Position numbers and translations under genes: made by a program | Shown: positions 24,250 to 42,600 of the stretch, in pieces | Layout: each line of letters starts with the position of its first letter | Numbering within the stretch: position 1 is the first letter of the stretch | Source of the DNA: the human T2T-CHM13v2.0 reference genome, Homo sapiens | Reading direction: 5' to 3' (one strand) | Assembly: GCF_009914755.1 (NCBI RefSeq) | Contig: NC_060948.1 | DNA length: 64,000 nucleotides | Notes under the pieces: generated by a model | Database searches by the model: none | Told to the model about the DNA's origin: nothing | The model's input: only the letters and a program-made list of their open reading frames with translations

Positions 24250-25578
24250 GATTGGCCACAGTGAGACAATATCACTAAGCATGTTAATTAATTTGGTTGA
24301 ATCAATTATTTAACCAAAATGATGACTTAGAAATATAAAAAGCAAAAGCTTTTTATAATTCTTTACAAATTTTGCTAAAGAACATATTTGTGCCTTTAGA
24401 GTACCTTGCTGTACTCTCATTTCAAGGCTCAACTAAAAAAAAATGTATGATACCTTTTTAAATTTAATTAATGTTCACAAAGAATTCCTTTGGCAAGATT
24501 TATTTTTACAGTCCTTCCACAACTTGTTTGTATTTTTAGCTTTATCTTATCTTATTCAGATTAAATGTTTTACCCTAGGCAAGAATTTATATATTCATGC
24601 CTTTTTTTTTTTTTTTTTTTTTTGAGAGTCTTGTGCTGTCACCCAGGCTGCTGTGCAGTGGCGCAATCTCGTCTCACTGCAAGCTCCGCCTCCCAGGTTA
24701 ACGCCATTCTCTTGCCTCAGTCTCCAGAGTAGCTGGGACTACAGGCGCCCACCACCACGCCCGGCTAATTTTTTGTATTTTTAGTAGAGACGGGTTTCAC
24801 CATGTTAGCCAGGATGGTCTCGATCTCCTGACCCCATGATCCGCCTGCCTCGGCCTCCCAAAGTGCTGGGATTACAGGCGTGAGCTACCGCGCCCAGCTA
24901 TTCATGCCTTCTTATAATTTTTTAATAAAAACATTTTACTATATGTAAATCATTTACTCATATGTTAATCTACTTAAAGGAAATTGCTGACAGTGGGAAG
25001 AAAAGAAAAGAAAAGAAAAGAAAAAAAGGCTTAAGTATAGGGCAGGAAAGAAAATTTTCATTCTTTTGCAAATGGGTTCCTTCAACAAGGAGAAAAACTT
25101 AATTGCTGTTGGGTGAGGCTGGATCCTTTGGTCAGTGAAGGTGAAAACATCATGAATGCCTGGCATTTTTCAGCCCAGAGGAGATGTTAATGTGGAGCCA
25201 CCATTCAACTAAGCATCCTACATGTGCCTGGGGCTGTTTGGGTAAGGTGATGCAGAGTTTCCTCTACCCTCCGGAGAAGTCCAAGAATGAAAAGTCTCAC
25301 AAACAAAAGAGAAAAAGATTTTTTGGTTTACATCTTCCCTTACCTCAAGTCCCACATCTACACACTGATGTGTTATACAACTTTCTCCTTAGTTAAGATT
25401 AAACAAGAATCTTGTCACATGATTATGAAGGAAGAGGCTAATGAATACACTGAAGGATCAGAAGTAAAGTTTATTGGGCCAAAAGGTAAAAGAAAACAAA
25501 ACAAAACAAAAAACAAAAAAATCCTGTCAGCAAAGTGAGAGGCACTCTTGTTATAGGCCTCGACCTCAGAGATTGACT
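24250..25578 (-). mobile_element. ERV1 internal leader, PBS-like site and truncated MER61-like 5' LTR (~25372-25578)
   Basis: CCCACATCTACACACTGA PBS-like next to TGTTATAC...CTCCTTAGTT...CTTGTCACA...TTTATTGGGC...CAGCAAAGTGAGAGG; family assignment from memory. Confidence 0.45.
24604..24898 (-). mobile_element. AluY
   Basis: T-tail, GCAAGCTCCGCC, ACGCCATTCTC; TSD TATTCATGCCTT at 24592-24603 and 24899-24910. Confidence 0.93.
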
Positions 25579-25654
25579 CGAGGCTTGGGCCTCACCCGCA
25601 TAGAGCACCGTGACATGAAAGTTAAACCTGTAGCAAGATGATGTAACTCTTTTT
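25579..25654 (-). repeat. First beta-satellite monomer, cut off from the main array by the L1 insertion
   Basis: CTTGGGCCTCACCCGCATAGAGCACCGTGACAT...GATGATGTAACTCT matches array monomers and contains the left L1 TSD. Confidence 0.7.
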
Positions 25655-25870
25655 TATTTATTATTATTATACTTTAAGTTTTAGGGTACATGTGCACAAT
25701 GCGCAGGTTAGTTACATATGTATACATGTGCCATGCTGGTGCACTGCACCCACTAACTCGTCATCTAGCATTAGGTATATCTCCCAATGCTATCCCTCCC
25801 CCTTCCCCCCGCCCCACAACAGGCCCCAGAGTGTGATGTTCCCCTTCCTGTGTCCATGTGTTCTCATTGT

Positions 25871-29687
<3,817 letters not shown>

Positions 29688-29750
29688 TATGATGTTAGCT
29701 GGTTATTTTGCTCTTTAGTTGATGCAGTTTCTTCCTGGTCTCAATGATCT

Positions 29751-30092
29751 TTACATTTTGGCATGATTTTGCAGTGGCTGGTACCGGTTGTTCCTTTCCA
29801 TGTTTAGTGTTTCCCTCAGGAGCTCTTCTAGGGCAGGCCTGGTGGTGACAAAATCTCTCCGAATTTGCTTGTCTGTAAAGTATTTTATTTCTCCTTCACT
29901 TATGAAGCTTAGTTTGGCTGGATATGAAATTCTGGGTTGAAAATTGTTTTCTTTAAGAATGTTGAATATTGGCCCCCACTCTCTTCTGGCTTGTAGAGTT
30001 TCTGCCAAGAGATCCGCTGTTAGTCTGATGGGCCTCCCTTTGAGGGTAACCCGACCTTTCTCTCTGGCTGCCCTTAACATTTTTTCCTTCAT
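29751..30092 (-). pseudogene. L1 ORF1p C-terminal half
   Basis: MKEKMLRAAREKGRVTLKG...YPAKLSF...RYQPLQNHAKM. Confidence 0.93.
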
Positions 30093-30251
30093 TTAAACTT
30101 TGACACCTCACACGGCCAGGTACTCCAACAGACCTGCAGCTGAGGTTCCTGTCTATTAGAAGGAAAACTAACAAACAGAAAGGACATCCACACCAAAAGC
30201 CCATCTGTATATCAGCATCATCAAAGACCCAAAGTAGATAAAATCACAAAG

Positions 30252-30925
30252 ATGGGGAAAAAAATAGAGCAGAAAAACTGGAAACTCTAAAAAGCAGAGT
30301 GCCTTTCCTCCTCCAAAGGAACGTAGTACCTCACCAGCAAGGAACAAAGCTGAACGGAGAATGACTTTGACGAGCTGAGAGAAGAAGGCTTCAGATGATC
30401 AAATTACTCTGAGCTATGGGAGGACATTCAAACCAAAGGCAAAGAAGTTGAAAACTTTGAAAAGAATTTAGAAGAATGTATAACTAGAATAACCAATACA
30501 GAGAAGTGCTTAAAGGAGCTGATGGAGCTGAAAACCAAGGGTCAATAACTACATGAAGAATGCAGAAGCCACAGGAGCCGATGCGATCAACTGGAAGAAA
30601 GGGTATCAGCGATGGAAGATGAAATGAATGAAATGAAGCACGAAGGGAAGTTTAGAGAAAAAAGAATAAAAAGAAATGAGCAAAACCTTCAAGAAATATG
30701 GGACTATGTGAAAAGACCTAATCTACGTCTTATTGGTGTACCTGAAAGTGACGGGGAGAATGGAACCAAGTTGGAAAACACTCTGCAGGATATTATCCAG
30801 GAGAACTTCCCCAATCTAGCAAGGCAGGCCAACATTCAGATTCAGGAAATACAGAGAACGCCACAAAGATACTGCTCGAGAAGAGCAACTCCAAGACACA
30901 TAATTGTCAGATTCACCAAAGTTGA
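30252..30925 (+). pseudogene. L1 ORF1p N-terminal half (inverted, frameshifted)
   Basis: ATGGGGAAAAAA start; MEDEMNEMK...IWDYVKRPNLRLIGVPE...RRATPRHIIVRFTKVE. Confidence 0.92.
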
Positions 30926-33078
30926 GATGATGTTACTCTTTTTCCTTGGTGTTTTCCTAAGGAAGCCTTGTGACATATCTCAGGACCCAGCACCGAGGTG
31001 ATGTGGCCCTTTTGCCTGGTTTCTTCCCATGTGTTAGACTGTGACATATACCTAAAGAAACACCTAGGTGATGCCACTCTCTTCTTCTTCTTGAGTCCTG
31101 CTTCAGGACATAGTGACTCTATATACACACCTAGGTAACAGTTAAAGGTGCCACCCTCAAAGATGAGCAGATTGTGTCATATCACTGGGCCTAGTACCCA
31201 GTTGTTAAAACTTTTGCTTAAATTATTTCTTGTGTGTATTGTGACATATCATGTCAGAATCATAATAATGTGACACTTTTGCCCTGGCCCTGCCAACAAG
31301 AGATATCATCACATATCTCTGAGCCTAACTGGTAGGTGATTTGTCTTTTTCTTGTGCTTTGCCCCCAAGAAATATTGTGATATTTTTGTATGTAGCATCT
31401 AGGAAATGTATCTCTTCTCTCTTGCCTAGGACCTCCCTACTAAAGGAATTGTGCCATACAGCTGAGTGCAAAACCTTGGTAGTGCAACTTTCCCCTTTAT
31501 TCTGGAGTTTGTTACGAGAGGGGATTATGACATATTGCTGAGCCCAGCACCTAGGTGATGTGAGTTTCCTGTTTTTTTCAACCCTGTCTACAGTGGACAT
31601 GGTGCCATATTACTTGTGGCTGTATCCAGGTGATGTGACTCTCCTTGCTTGCCCCTGCCAGCAAAGGAGTTGATAGTGTATCAGGAGCTCAGCATCAAGG
31701 TGATGAGACTCTCCTTCCTTGTTTTTGCCCACAGGTGAAATTATGTCATATGCCTGGGATCATCTCACATGCACAATTATAACCATCAAACTGGGACCCA
31801 GAAAGGAGAGAGATTTTGATTCTTATAGCTAGTCTTATTGCCATAAGTAAAATAATGGGTCTCCTAATTGTATAAAGTTCACAGAGGATTATGACACTCA
31901 GACATATCATATAAAGCCTCAGTGGTAAAAAGAGTGTCATGATAGGGAAGAACAACCTGGGGTGATTGCAAATCATGGAGGCACACCCAGCTAGCTTGAT
32001 TGTCATTCTTACACAAGAACATGGCCTACAAGTAGGGTACTAAATTTCACACAAAAGAGCAGTCAAAGGTTGAAATTTTTCCCCTCATACACGGTTCAAC
32101 CCCATGGGTAGTGTGGTGATGCAATATTCAGCCCAACTGTGAGATTGTGACTTTCCTACTGGAACATAATCTTCAAGTGGAACTGGACAACTTATGCATG
32201 GATCCTGTTAAGACTGTGAGTCCTCAGCTTTGACTCAACTCACAGGAGATGTTGACTCACATGCACAAAGCCAGGACTTGTGTAGGGCTGTGGAACTTAT
32301 TTCTGAATATTTCCAAGTGTGTGATTAGAATGTAGAAGTTAGCCCAGCTCCTGAATAATTTGACTCTCCTTTTTAGGCCATGACCACAGATAAAATTGTG
32401 ACATATGTGGACAGTACACCTAAGCAAAGCTTCCTGGGCCTGACTACCAAGGATACTTTTACATATCATTGGGACTAGCATCAAGGTGAGGTGAATTCTT
32501 TGTCTTTTCCCTGCCTACAAAAGGCATTGTGGCTTACAGTTAAGTCCATCATATAAGTTCATATAAGTGATGTCACTCCCTTCTAGTGCCTTGGCCCTGC
32601 TATTTCAGTTCATTGTGACACATAACTGGGTACTGCACCCAGGTGATATGACTCTCTGTTTAGGGTTCTGCCAGCAGGAAGCTTTGTAACATATCACTTA
32701 GCTCAGCACCTAGCTAATGCTTCTTCTCTCTTGCCTTGCTGTGATCAGAGGGGAGACTGTTTCATATTGCTAACCCTAGTGCTGAAGTCATGTCACTTTC
32801 ATACCGTGGTTCTGAACATAGTGAACATTGTGACATGTCTAGGCCAATTCCTTAGGTAAAGTGAGTCTCCTCATCCTCTTAAGATTTGCTCACAGGGGGA
32901 ATTTTGATTTATCACTAAAACCAGTATCCAGCTGATGTGAGTCTTATTCCAGGGTCCTGCCCACAAGAAAGATTGTGACATCTCACTGGACCAGCACCCA
33001 CCCAAATGATGTGACATTTCTGTTTGTTCTCTGCCCACAGGTCATATTGTGCCATATACCTAACACCACTTAAGATGA

Positions 33079-33409
<331 letters not shown>

Positions 33410-36400
33410 TAATCATGACTTTTAAACCTGGATCCTGGTCATATGCAAGATGGAAACTCCCATTCCTGGAACTTTCCACCAGTGTTATTGTGACATATAC
33501 CTTTGCCCGGCTCCTGAGTGATTTAATAATACTGCCTAATTGTAGCCCTCAAATTCGATTTAGACATATAGTTCATGTGATCACCTTTATGATTTCACTC
33601 TCCTGTTTTAACAATATCTTGCAGAAGGATTGTAACAGATTTCTGGACCCAACATCTAGTTACCTGACACTCCTCTCTTACCTGGACCCTGCTTCCACTA
33701 TGGATTGTAGCATTTCTAAGCACTACCTCCAAATTATATGAATCTCTTGCCTGGTCCTTTCAAGAGGAGACCTTGTGACATATCTCTGGGCTTACCATTT
33801 AGGTGATATGAGTCTCCTCTTCTGCCTGGACACTGCCTACAAGGGGTATTGTGTTATACATGTTGATGTAACCCCTGAGTTATGCAACTTTTCTGCCCAG
33901 AACATGCCTACAAGGAGAATATTGGAAAATTTCTGGCTCAGTATTTAGGTGACTTGTCTGTCATGCCTGTTTCATTACCACAGACTGAATTGTGATATAT
34001 ACCCAAGCACAGCTCACAGGCATGATAATGACTTTCTTATGTGGATCCCACAAATAGAAGTAATTTTGACTCTCATAACTTGCTTTAGAGACATGAGTGA
34101 TTAAATCTCTATCTGGCACCAAAAAAAAAAAAAAAAAACAAACAAAAGGTCAAAGAAGATTATAATGGCCTCACATATTTTATAAAGCCTTTGGCTTGTA
34201 CAGAGTGTCATAACAGAACCCAGCAGAGAGGTGAAATTGTGAGTCTCAAATGCACACCCAGCTGTCACTAAGGTCTAATCACCATCTCACCTATATGAAG
34301 CTAACTGTCACTAATGAAAACAGCACACACGTGATACTGTACACCTCATCAGGGGAATTTTCTGATAGTGTTATTGTGATATAAATCTTTGTTGAGCACC
34401 TGTGTGATTTAATTCTCCATAATTGTTCCAGCCCACATATGTTATTGTCATATCTACCTGGGCCAAACTCTACATGATGTGACTCTCCTGCCTAGGCCCT
34501 GCTCTCAGTAAGAATCATGACTTATTACTACATCCAGCACCTAGGTCATGTTACATCTTTGCCTTAGCCATGCCCAAAGATATTGTTGTGACATATTACC
34601 GTGTCAAATACTTAGGTGATATAACTCTCCTAATTAGAATAAACCCTGCACACATGGGGGATAGTGACATGGTACAGCCAGGCACACAGGTAACAGTACT
34701 CTTGTTAGAGCCATGTCCCAAAGAAAGAATTGTGACAAATCTCTGGGCTGATCACTTAGATTATGTTGCTCTCCTGCTTGGCTCCTGCTTTCCTGAATAG
34801 TGACATATTGCTACACTAGGCCTACAAGTGTTGGTACTCTTTTGCCAGGGTCATGCCTCAAGGAGAATAGGAGAATGTTGTGACATATCTCTGTGCCTAT
34901 CACTTAGGAAATGCTTCAGCATGGCCCACAAAGAGAATTGTGACATAAAGGTAGAATCTACACCTATTTGTTGTAACTCTCTTGTCTGAGTCTTGTCCTA
35001 AGGGAATCTTGTAACGCATCTCAGGAACCAGGATCAAGGTGGTGTGACTCTTCTGCGTGGCTTCACCTCACGTTAGATTTTGTCATATAGCTAGGGAAGC
35101 ACCTATGTGATATGACTCCTCTTCTGCCTGAGCCTTGCTTATTTGGGACATTGGGCCTTATATCTAAGCCAGTATCCTAAGTGATGTAATTCTATTCTTC
35201 TGCCTGAGCCTTTACAATTGGGTGATGTGACATATTGCTAAGCCCAATACTTAGGTTATATGACTCTTCTTTTTTTCCCAAAACATGCCCATGAAAAGGA
35301 ATTTTGACATATTGCATGGCCCAGCACCCAAGTGATGTTCCTCTTCTGCCTGGATCCTGCATAAAAAGAGAGTTATGGCATATTGCTGTGCCCCCCACCA
35401 TGATGCTGTAACCCTCTCCTCTTGCCAGTGCCAGAGCAACAGAAAGTAATTTTACATATCTTGGGCACACCCAGTAGGAATTTTGCTTTCATCATTTGAC
35501 TGTTTTTTTTTTGTTGTTGTTAGTTTGTTTTTAGGTGGGGGGATTGTGTCATATTGCTGAGCCCAGCACCTAGTTAATATAACCCTCATTTCTAGACCCT
35601 ACCTAGAGAATGCATTGTGATCTATTGCTTGGGACAGCACCTCAGTTGTGCTACCCTCTTGACAAGTTTTTTTTCCCCTACAAATGGGATTATGAAATTT
35701 ACATTGATCCAATTCAGAGGCATGTTGATCAAACTTAAACTGGGATTCCACCAATAGTAGGTATTTGCCTATCATCTCTACACTTAGGGTAATAAATTTA
35801 AAATTGTGAGTTGCATATTTGTAGAAAGCTCACAGCAGCTTAGAACACCAACTCATATTATAAAAACTGCTTGGGTGGTACACAGAGTTTTATAACAGGG
35901 CCTAGCAAGAGGTTAAGATTATGACTCTTGATTAGATGTGCAGGTGAGTGCAAATGTTTTCAGCATCCCATATTTACAAAGCCAAATGTTGAAGTCCTGA
36001 GCATAACAAGTAAATAAAGTACAAAATTGAAATTTTGACTTTCATATGTGGTTCTTGTTGTAGGTGAGATGGTGACTATTTTCTGGACCCAGATCACAGG
36101 CATAATAATGGGTCTCCTATCTGAACCCAGACTATTAGACAGATGTTGACAATCATAACCGGGTTTAGGCAATATGTAAGATTGTGAGTGAATATGAGCA
36201 TGTAAGCCCCAGAGTGGTTTGTAACTATCATGTATGTTGCATAAACACTCTGAATGTTGTAGAGTGTGTCATAAAATGACGCAGAACACATGTAAGGTTG
36301 TGACTGTAGTATACACACCAAACTAACAGTTAAAGGTGTAACCTAAAAGATGAAGAGATTGTGTCATATTTCTAGGCCTTGCACCCAGGTGTTAAGAATT

Positions 36401-36442
36401 CTGACTTAAATTCTTTACCATGGGTGCATTGTGAAATATCAC

Positions 36443-36682
36443 TGTGTGTGTGTGTTTACTATGTATTATATATATGTATTTTATATTTACATATATATGT
36501 ATTATAATATTATATATGTATATGTATTATATATACATATTATATATGTATATGTATTATATATTATATGTATACTATATATACACACTTGTAGTGTATA
36601 TATGTAATATACATACATGTAGTGTGTATATATATACATACACAATGTATGTATGTATATCTATACATACAATGTATACTAT
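36443..36682. repeat. (TG)n/(TA)n/(TATG)n low-complexity tract inside the satellite
   Basis: TGTGTGTGTGTG...TATATATGTATATGTATTATATA... Confidence 0.9.
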
Positions 36683-39600
36683 AGCTGAGTTAGAATCATC
36701 ATAAGATGACTCTTTTGCTTGGAGTCAGACAACAGGAGATATTATCACATATCTCTGGGCCTATCAGGTAGGTGGTGTGTCTCTCCTGCCAGGGCCCTGC
36801 CCACAGGGGACACTGTGACATATCGCTGAATATAGCATATAGGTAATGTGGCTCTGCTCTCTGCCTTGATACTGCCCACTGAATAATTTGTGACATACCA
36901 CCGAATGCAAAACCTAGGTGATGTGACTCTTCTCTTTGTCCTGGTCTCTATCCAGAAAGGGAATTATAACATATTGCTGTGCCCAACACCTAGGGTGTGT
37001 AACAATCCACTATTTTTTCAACCTTGTATACAGTGGGCATTATGACAAATTATTTGAGACTGTACCAAGGTAATATGACTCTTCTGCCTAGGTCATGCCT
37101 ACGAAAGAGATATAAGTATCCCTGGCTCAGCACCCAGATGATATGACTCTGCTGTCTTGTCTCTATGTGTAGGCAAAATTTTGGCATATACTGGATTCAT
37201 CTCAAATACACAATAATAACTCTCATACCCAGACCTAGTCAGAGAAGATATTTTGACTCTCCTAGCCAGTCTTGTGGTCATGGGTAAAGTCCTAGATCTC
37301 CCACCTGTAAGAATTCACAGAAAAGTATTCTACTCAGACATATCATGTAAAGCCTGGGTTGTACAAAGTATGTCAATACAGTCACCAGCAACCAAGTGCT
37401 ATTGTGACTCTTGGATGCATAACTAGCTGAAATGACTGTCATTTTCACACATGATCAGAGCCTACGAATAAGGTAGAAAATCTCACACACATAAGCACTT
37501 TTACTTACACACCTGAATCTGATACAAAGCGGTTTGGTGATGGTTTAATCATTAATCTGAAGACCTGTGGTGTTTTGACTTTCCTACTGGAACACAATCT
37601 TTAAGTAGGATTGGGACTCTTATACATGGATCTTGCCCATTGTGGAGATTGTGACTCCAGTACTTTGACCCAACTCATAGGAGGTGTTGACTTTCATAAC
37701 CAAAGCTAGCACTTGTGTGGGACTGTGAAGTTTATTTCTGAACATTTTTGAGTACATTATTGAGAAGCATGATTTTGCCCAGGATCTGAGTGTTTGATTC
37801 TCCTTTCTAGGCCCAGAGCACTGTTGAAATTGTGACATACATGCACCAAGCACCTAAGCAACGTATAACACTTTTTTGACAATGAGACAAAGGGCAGTTT
37901 TATATATAACTGGGGCCAGCACCTAGCTGACATAAAACCTTGGACTGAACCCTGCCAACAAAGATCATTGAGGTTTTTATCTAGGTCCATCACGTAAGTG
38001 ATGTGACTTCATGCTACTGCCTTGACCATGCACTAATGGTGCATTGTGCCACTTAACTGGGTACTACACCCAGGTGACCTGACTCTATTTCTGAAGGAGT
38101 TCTTCCAATAGGAAGCTTGGTAAATTACCACTTGTCTCAGCACCTCGGTGATGTTTCTTCTCTCTAGCCTGTGCCTTGAAGACCAGAGAGATTGTGTCTT
38201 ATTGCTGAACTTAGCACCAAGGTGAGGTCACTCTCCTGCCTTGGTCCTTCATATAGAGGGCATTGTGACATATATCCAGCCCACTTACTTGTGTGATATT
38301 CACCTTCTCTTGTGCCTAAGCTCTGCCCACAGTTGGGAGGACTTAGATATATCACTGAAATCAGCATCCAGGTGATATGACCTTTCTTCCAGAGTCTTTC
38401 CCACAAGGAGGATTGTGACATTTCATTGGACCAGTACACAATCAGGTGATTGTTTTCTTTATTCTCTCTGTCCACAGGTGATATTTTGCCATATATGTGA
38501 GACCAGATCAAAGGCCTATTAATGACTATTGTACCTGCAGCCAGGACCTGTGTAGGATCATGAGTCTCATAGCTGAATCTTGCCATAAGTGTAATTGTGA
38601 AATACACTTTGCCCAGGACCTGAGTGATTTAATGATCCTCAGGTCCTCAATACACCTTGGCCAAAGAAACTTGGTGATTTGCATCTCATGTCTTAACAGT
38701 GCCATCAGAAGAGATCATAACATACCATTGGATATAGAAACATTGGGAAATATCACTGAGCCCATGACCTAAGTGTTGTGACTCTCGTTTTCTGCCTGGG
38801 TTTTCACTATAGGAGATTTTGACACATTGCTGAGCCCAACAGTCAGGATATGTGACTCTCCTCTTTTTCCTGAACCGTGCCCACAAAAAAAGGTATTGTG
38901 ACTTATTGCAGGACCCATAACCCAGATGATGCTACTCTTCTGCCTGAGTTATGCATAAAGAGGAAATTATGGCATATTGCCTATTGCTGGGCCCAGAACC
39001 CTTACAATGTGTGTCTCCTGCCTGTGGTGGAGCCACTGAAGGTACTTTGACACATCTTGGGTCCATTTGGTAGGTGTTTTGGCTCACATAACTTGGCTGA
39101 GTTTTTTCCACATGTGAAATGGTGTATTTCTGGGTCCAGCACCCAGGTAATGTGATCCAATTTCATATGCCCTGCCTAGAGAAGGAAATGTGACATATTG
39201 GTTTGCACAGCATCTAAGTGATGTTACCCTCCTGTCTAATTTTTTGACCCCAATGGGATTATATCATATACCTTGATTCAGTCCACAGGCATGATTATTA
39301 TACTTATACTGGGATTCTGCCAATAGGAGATATTCCCTCTCATTGTTAAAACAATAAGTAAGTTTCTAGATATAAAATAATAGGTAAGTTCCTGTGTTGC
39401 ATATTGATAGGAACCTCACAGAATCTTACAACACTAACTTATATTGTATAAACTCTTTGCGGTAGAGAGTTTCATAAAAGGGGCCAGCAAAAATTTCAGA
39501 TTGAGACTCTCGGTTACACATCCAGTTGAAGTTAAAAGTAGTCACCATCACACATTTACAGTGCATGCTGTTGAGGTTCTGATTCTAACAAGGCGATACA

Positions 39601-42600
39601 GCACAAAGTAGGAATTGTAACTTTTGCATGTGGATTAGGCCACAGGCGGGATGGCTGCTCATTTCTGAACCCAGATCACAGACATAATAATAAGTGTTCC
39701 CTTTTAACCCTGCCTATAGGAGAGATATCATCTATCAAACGTGGGCAATATTTATGATTTTGAGTCCCCATGAGCATAAACACCTCAGAGAGGTTTGCAA
39801 CTCTCAATGAGGTTTCATAAAGCCCCAGATGCCTTACAAAGTATCATGCATTGGCCCAGCATACACGTGAGATTCAGACTCTAATATACATCCTCAGCTA
39901 AAGTTAAAGGTATCATCATACAAGATGAGGAGATTGTGTCATATCACTGGGCCTAGTTCTCAGGTTTTGACACTTTTTGGCTAAAATTCTTTTCCTTAGG
40001 AGCACTGTTGCAACTTGCTGTGTCAGAATTATAAGAATGTGACTCTTCTGCTTGGACCTAGACAACAGGGGATATTATCACTTATCTCTGGGACTATAAG
40101 CTAGGTGATATGTCTCTCCTGCTAGTGCCTTGCCCACAGGAGACACTGTGACATATCGCCAGATATAGCAGCTAGGTTATATGACTCTCCTCTCCTGCCT
40201 GAACCCTGCCCACTAAAGAAAGAGTGACATACAACTGAATGCAAAACCTAGGTTATGTGACTCTCCTCTTTGTCCAGGACACTGCCAAGAGATAGAATTA
40301 TAATCTATTGCTGAGTGCACAACCTAGGGGTTGTGACAATCCACTGTTTTTTCCACCTTGTACACAGTAGGCATTATGACATATTATTTGAGACTGTACC
40401 CTTTTTTTGACTTCTTTGACTTGGTCCTGCCTACAAAGGAGATTATAATGTATTCCTGTCTCAGGACTCAGAAGATATCGCTTTTCTGATTGTCTCTGTC
40501 CAAAGGTGAATTTGTCACATATAACTTGATTAAGCTCATATGCAAAATAATAACTCTCATACCTAGACCCAGCCAGGGAAGATATTTTGACTCTCATAGC
40601 CAGACTTAAGAACATGGATAAAATCCTTAATTTCCCATCTGTAAGAATTCACAGAAAAGTATGCAACTCAGATATATCATGCAAACCCTGTGTCGTACAT
40701 ACAGTGTCACAACGGACAATAGCAACCAGGTGCTATTGTGACTCTTGGATGCACATTCAGCTGACATAATTGTCATTCTCACACATTAACAGAGCCTACC
40801 AATGAGGCACTAGATCTTACACAGATAGGCACTTTGAAGCTTGTAATTGTTACTCTCATACATGAAACTGACCTACAGGTGGTTTTTTTGACGTTTGAAC
40901 AATGGCTCAGCAGACGTGTAGTGCTTTGACTCTCTTACTGGAATATAATCTTCAAGTATGAATGGAGCTTTTATAAATGGACCTTGCCCATTGATGACAT
41001 AGTGACTCCTTGTACTTCGACCCAACTCATGGGAGATGTTCACTGTTACATCCAAAGGCCGAACTTGTGTGGAACTGTCAAATATATTTCTGAACATTTT
41101 TGAGCGTGTGATTGAGCAGTGTGACTTTGCCCAGCATCTGAGTGTATGACTCTCCTTTCTAGGCCCAGAGCACAGTTGAAATTGTGTCATACATGCACCA
41201 AGCATCTGAGCAATCTATAACACGCGTTTGGCAATGTAATATAGAAAAATTTACAAATCAATGAGACCAGCACCCAAGTTTTGTGACATTTCTCTTATAT
41301 CACTACCTACAAAGAGAATATTGGAATATTTCTGGCTGAAGATTTAGTTGATATGGTTGTCCTGGCATGATATTTCTAGTCATATATGGACCCAGCCAAT
41401 AGGAGAAATTTTGACTAGTATAACTAGGTTGAGGTACATGAGTAATGTCTGGGGCCTAATTCTGGTAAAAATGTTACAGAAGATTACAACAGTCACACAT
41501 ATTTTATAACATCCTTGGGTTGTATAGACAGTGTCACTATAGGGCCCAGCACAGAGAGGAAATTCTGAGTCTCATATGCACACCCAGCTGACAGTAAGGA
41601 CTTTCACCATCACAGATGGATGAAGACAACTCTCCTACATGAAAACAGAATGTATGTGATCTTTTAAATCTAATCCCCAGAATTTTATTTCACTGTAACT
41701 ATGATATAAATATTTGCCAAGCACCTGTGTGATTTCACTCTTCAGACTGGTTATAGTCTACATATGAGATTTGGGTATCTCCCTGAGACAATCTTGAAGT
41801 GATGAGACTTGTCTGCCCAGACCCTGCTGTCAGTAACAATTGTGACATCACTGGATCCAGCATCAAAGTGTCATTACATTTTGCTTACACCATGCCTAAA
41901 GACATCATTGTGACATATAACTTTGTACATTAGTTAGAAGATGTAACTCTCCTCTCTGAAATAAGTCCTGCACACAGGGCAAAAGAGTGACATATTACTA
42001 GGACAGGCACACAGGTGACAATACTCTTTTGCCAGGGTCATGCCCAAAAGACGGCATTTTGACATATCACAGGTACTATCATGTAGGTGATATGGCTTTT
42101 CTGCTCAGGAGTTGCCTACTTGAATAGTGACATATTGCTAGGACAGGCACAAAGATGGTGGTGTTCTTTTGTCAGGGTCATGCTTTCAGGAAGGCTTTGT
42201 GACATATCTCTCAGCCTATCACTTAAGTGATATGCTTGGCCCTGGTCCTTGGTCCTGCTTGTCCCTGCCCACATGAAGCATTGTGAATAATAGTGGAGCA
42301 TGAACCTAGGTGATGTAACTAACTTCACTAGGTTCTTTTCTAAGGGGGACTGACTTGTGAGTATCTCAGGACACAGGAACAGAAGATGTGGCTCTTCACC
42401 ATGGTTTCTGATCACATATTAAATTGTGACATACACCTAAAGAAGCATCTAGGTGATCTGACTCTTTCTGCCTGAGCTCTGTCTACTGGTGACATTGGGC
42501 CATATCTCTGGCCCAATATGATAGACATAGCATATCTCTGTCTACTGGTGACATAAGTGATGGGACTCTCTTCTTCTGTCTGGACCTTAACAATAGAAAC

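Noticed and set aside
22233-24898. Inverted AluY pair (~2.1 kb apart) as a dsRNA or editing substrate
   Set aside because: Common arrangement, and there is no evidence of a transcript covering both
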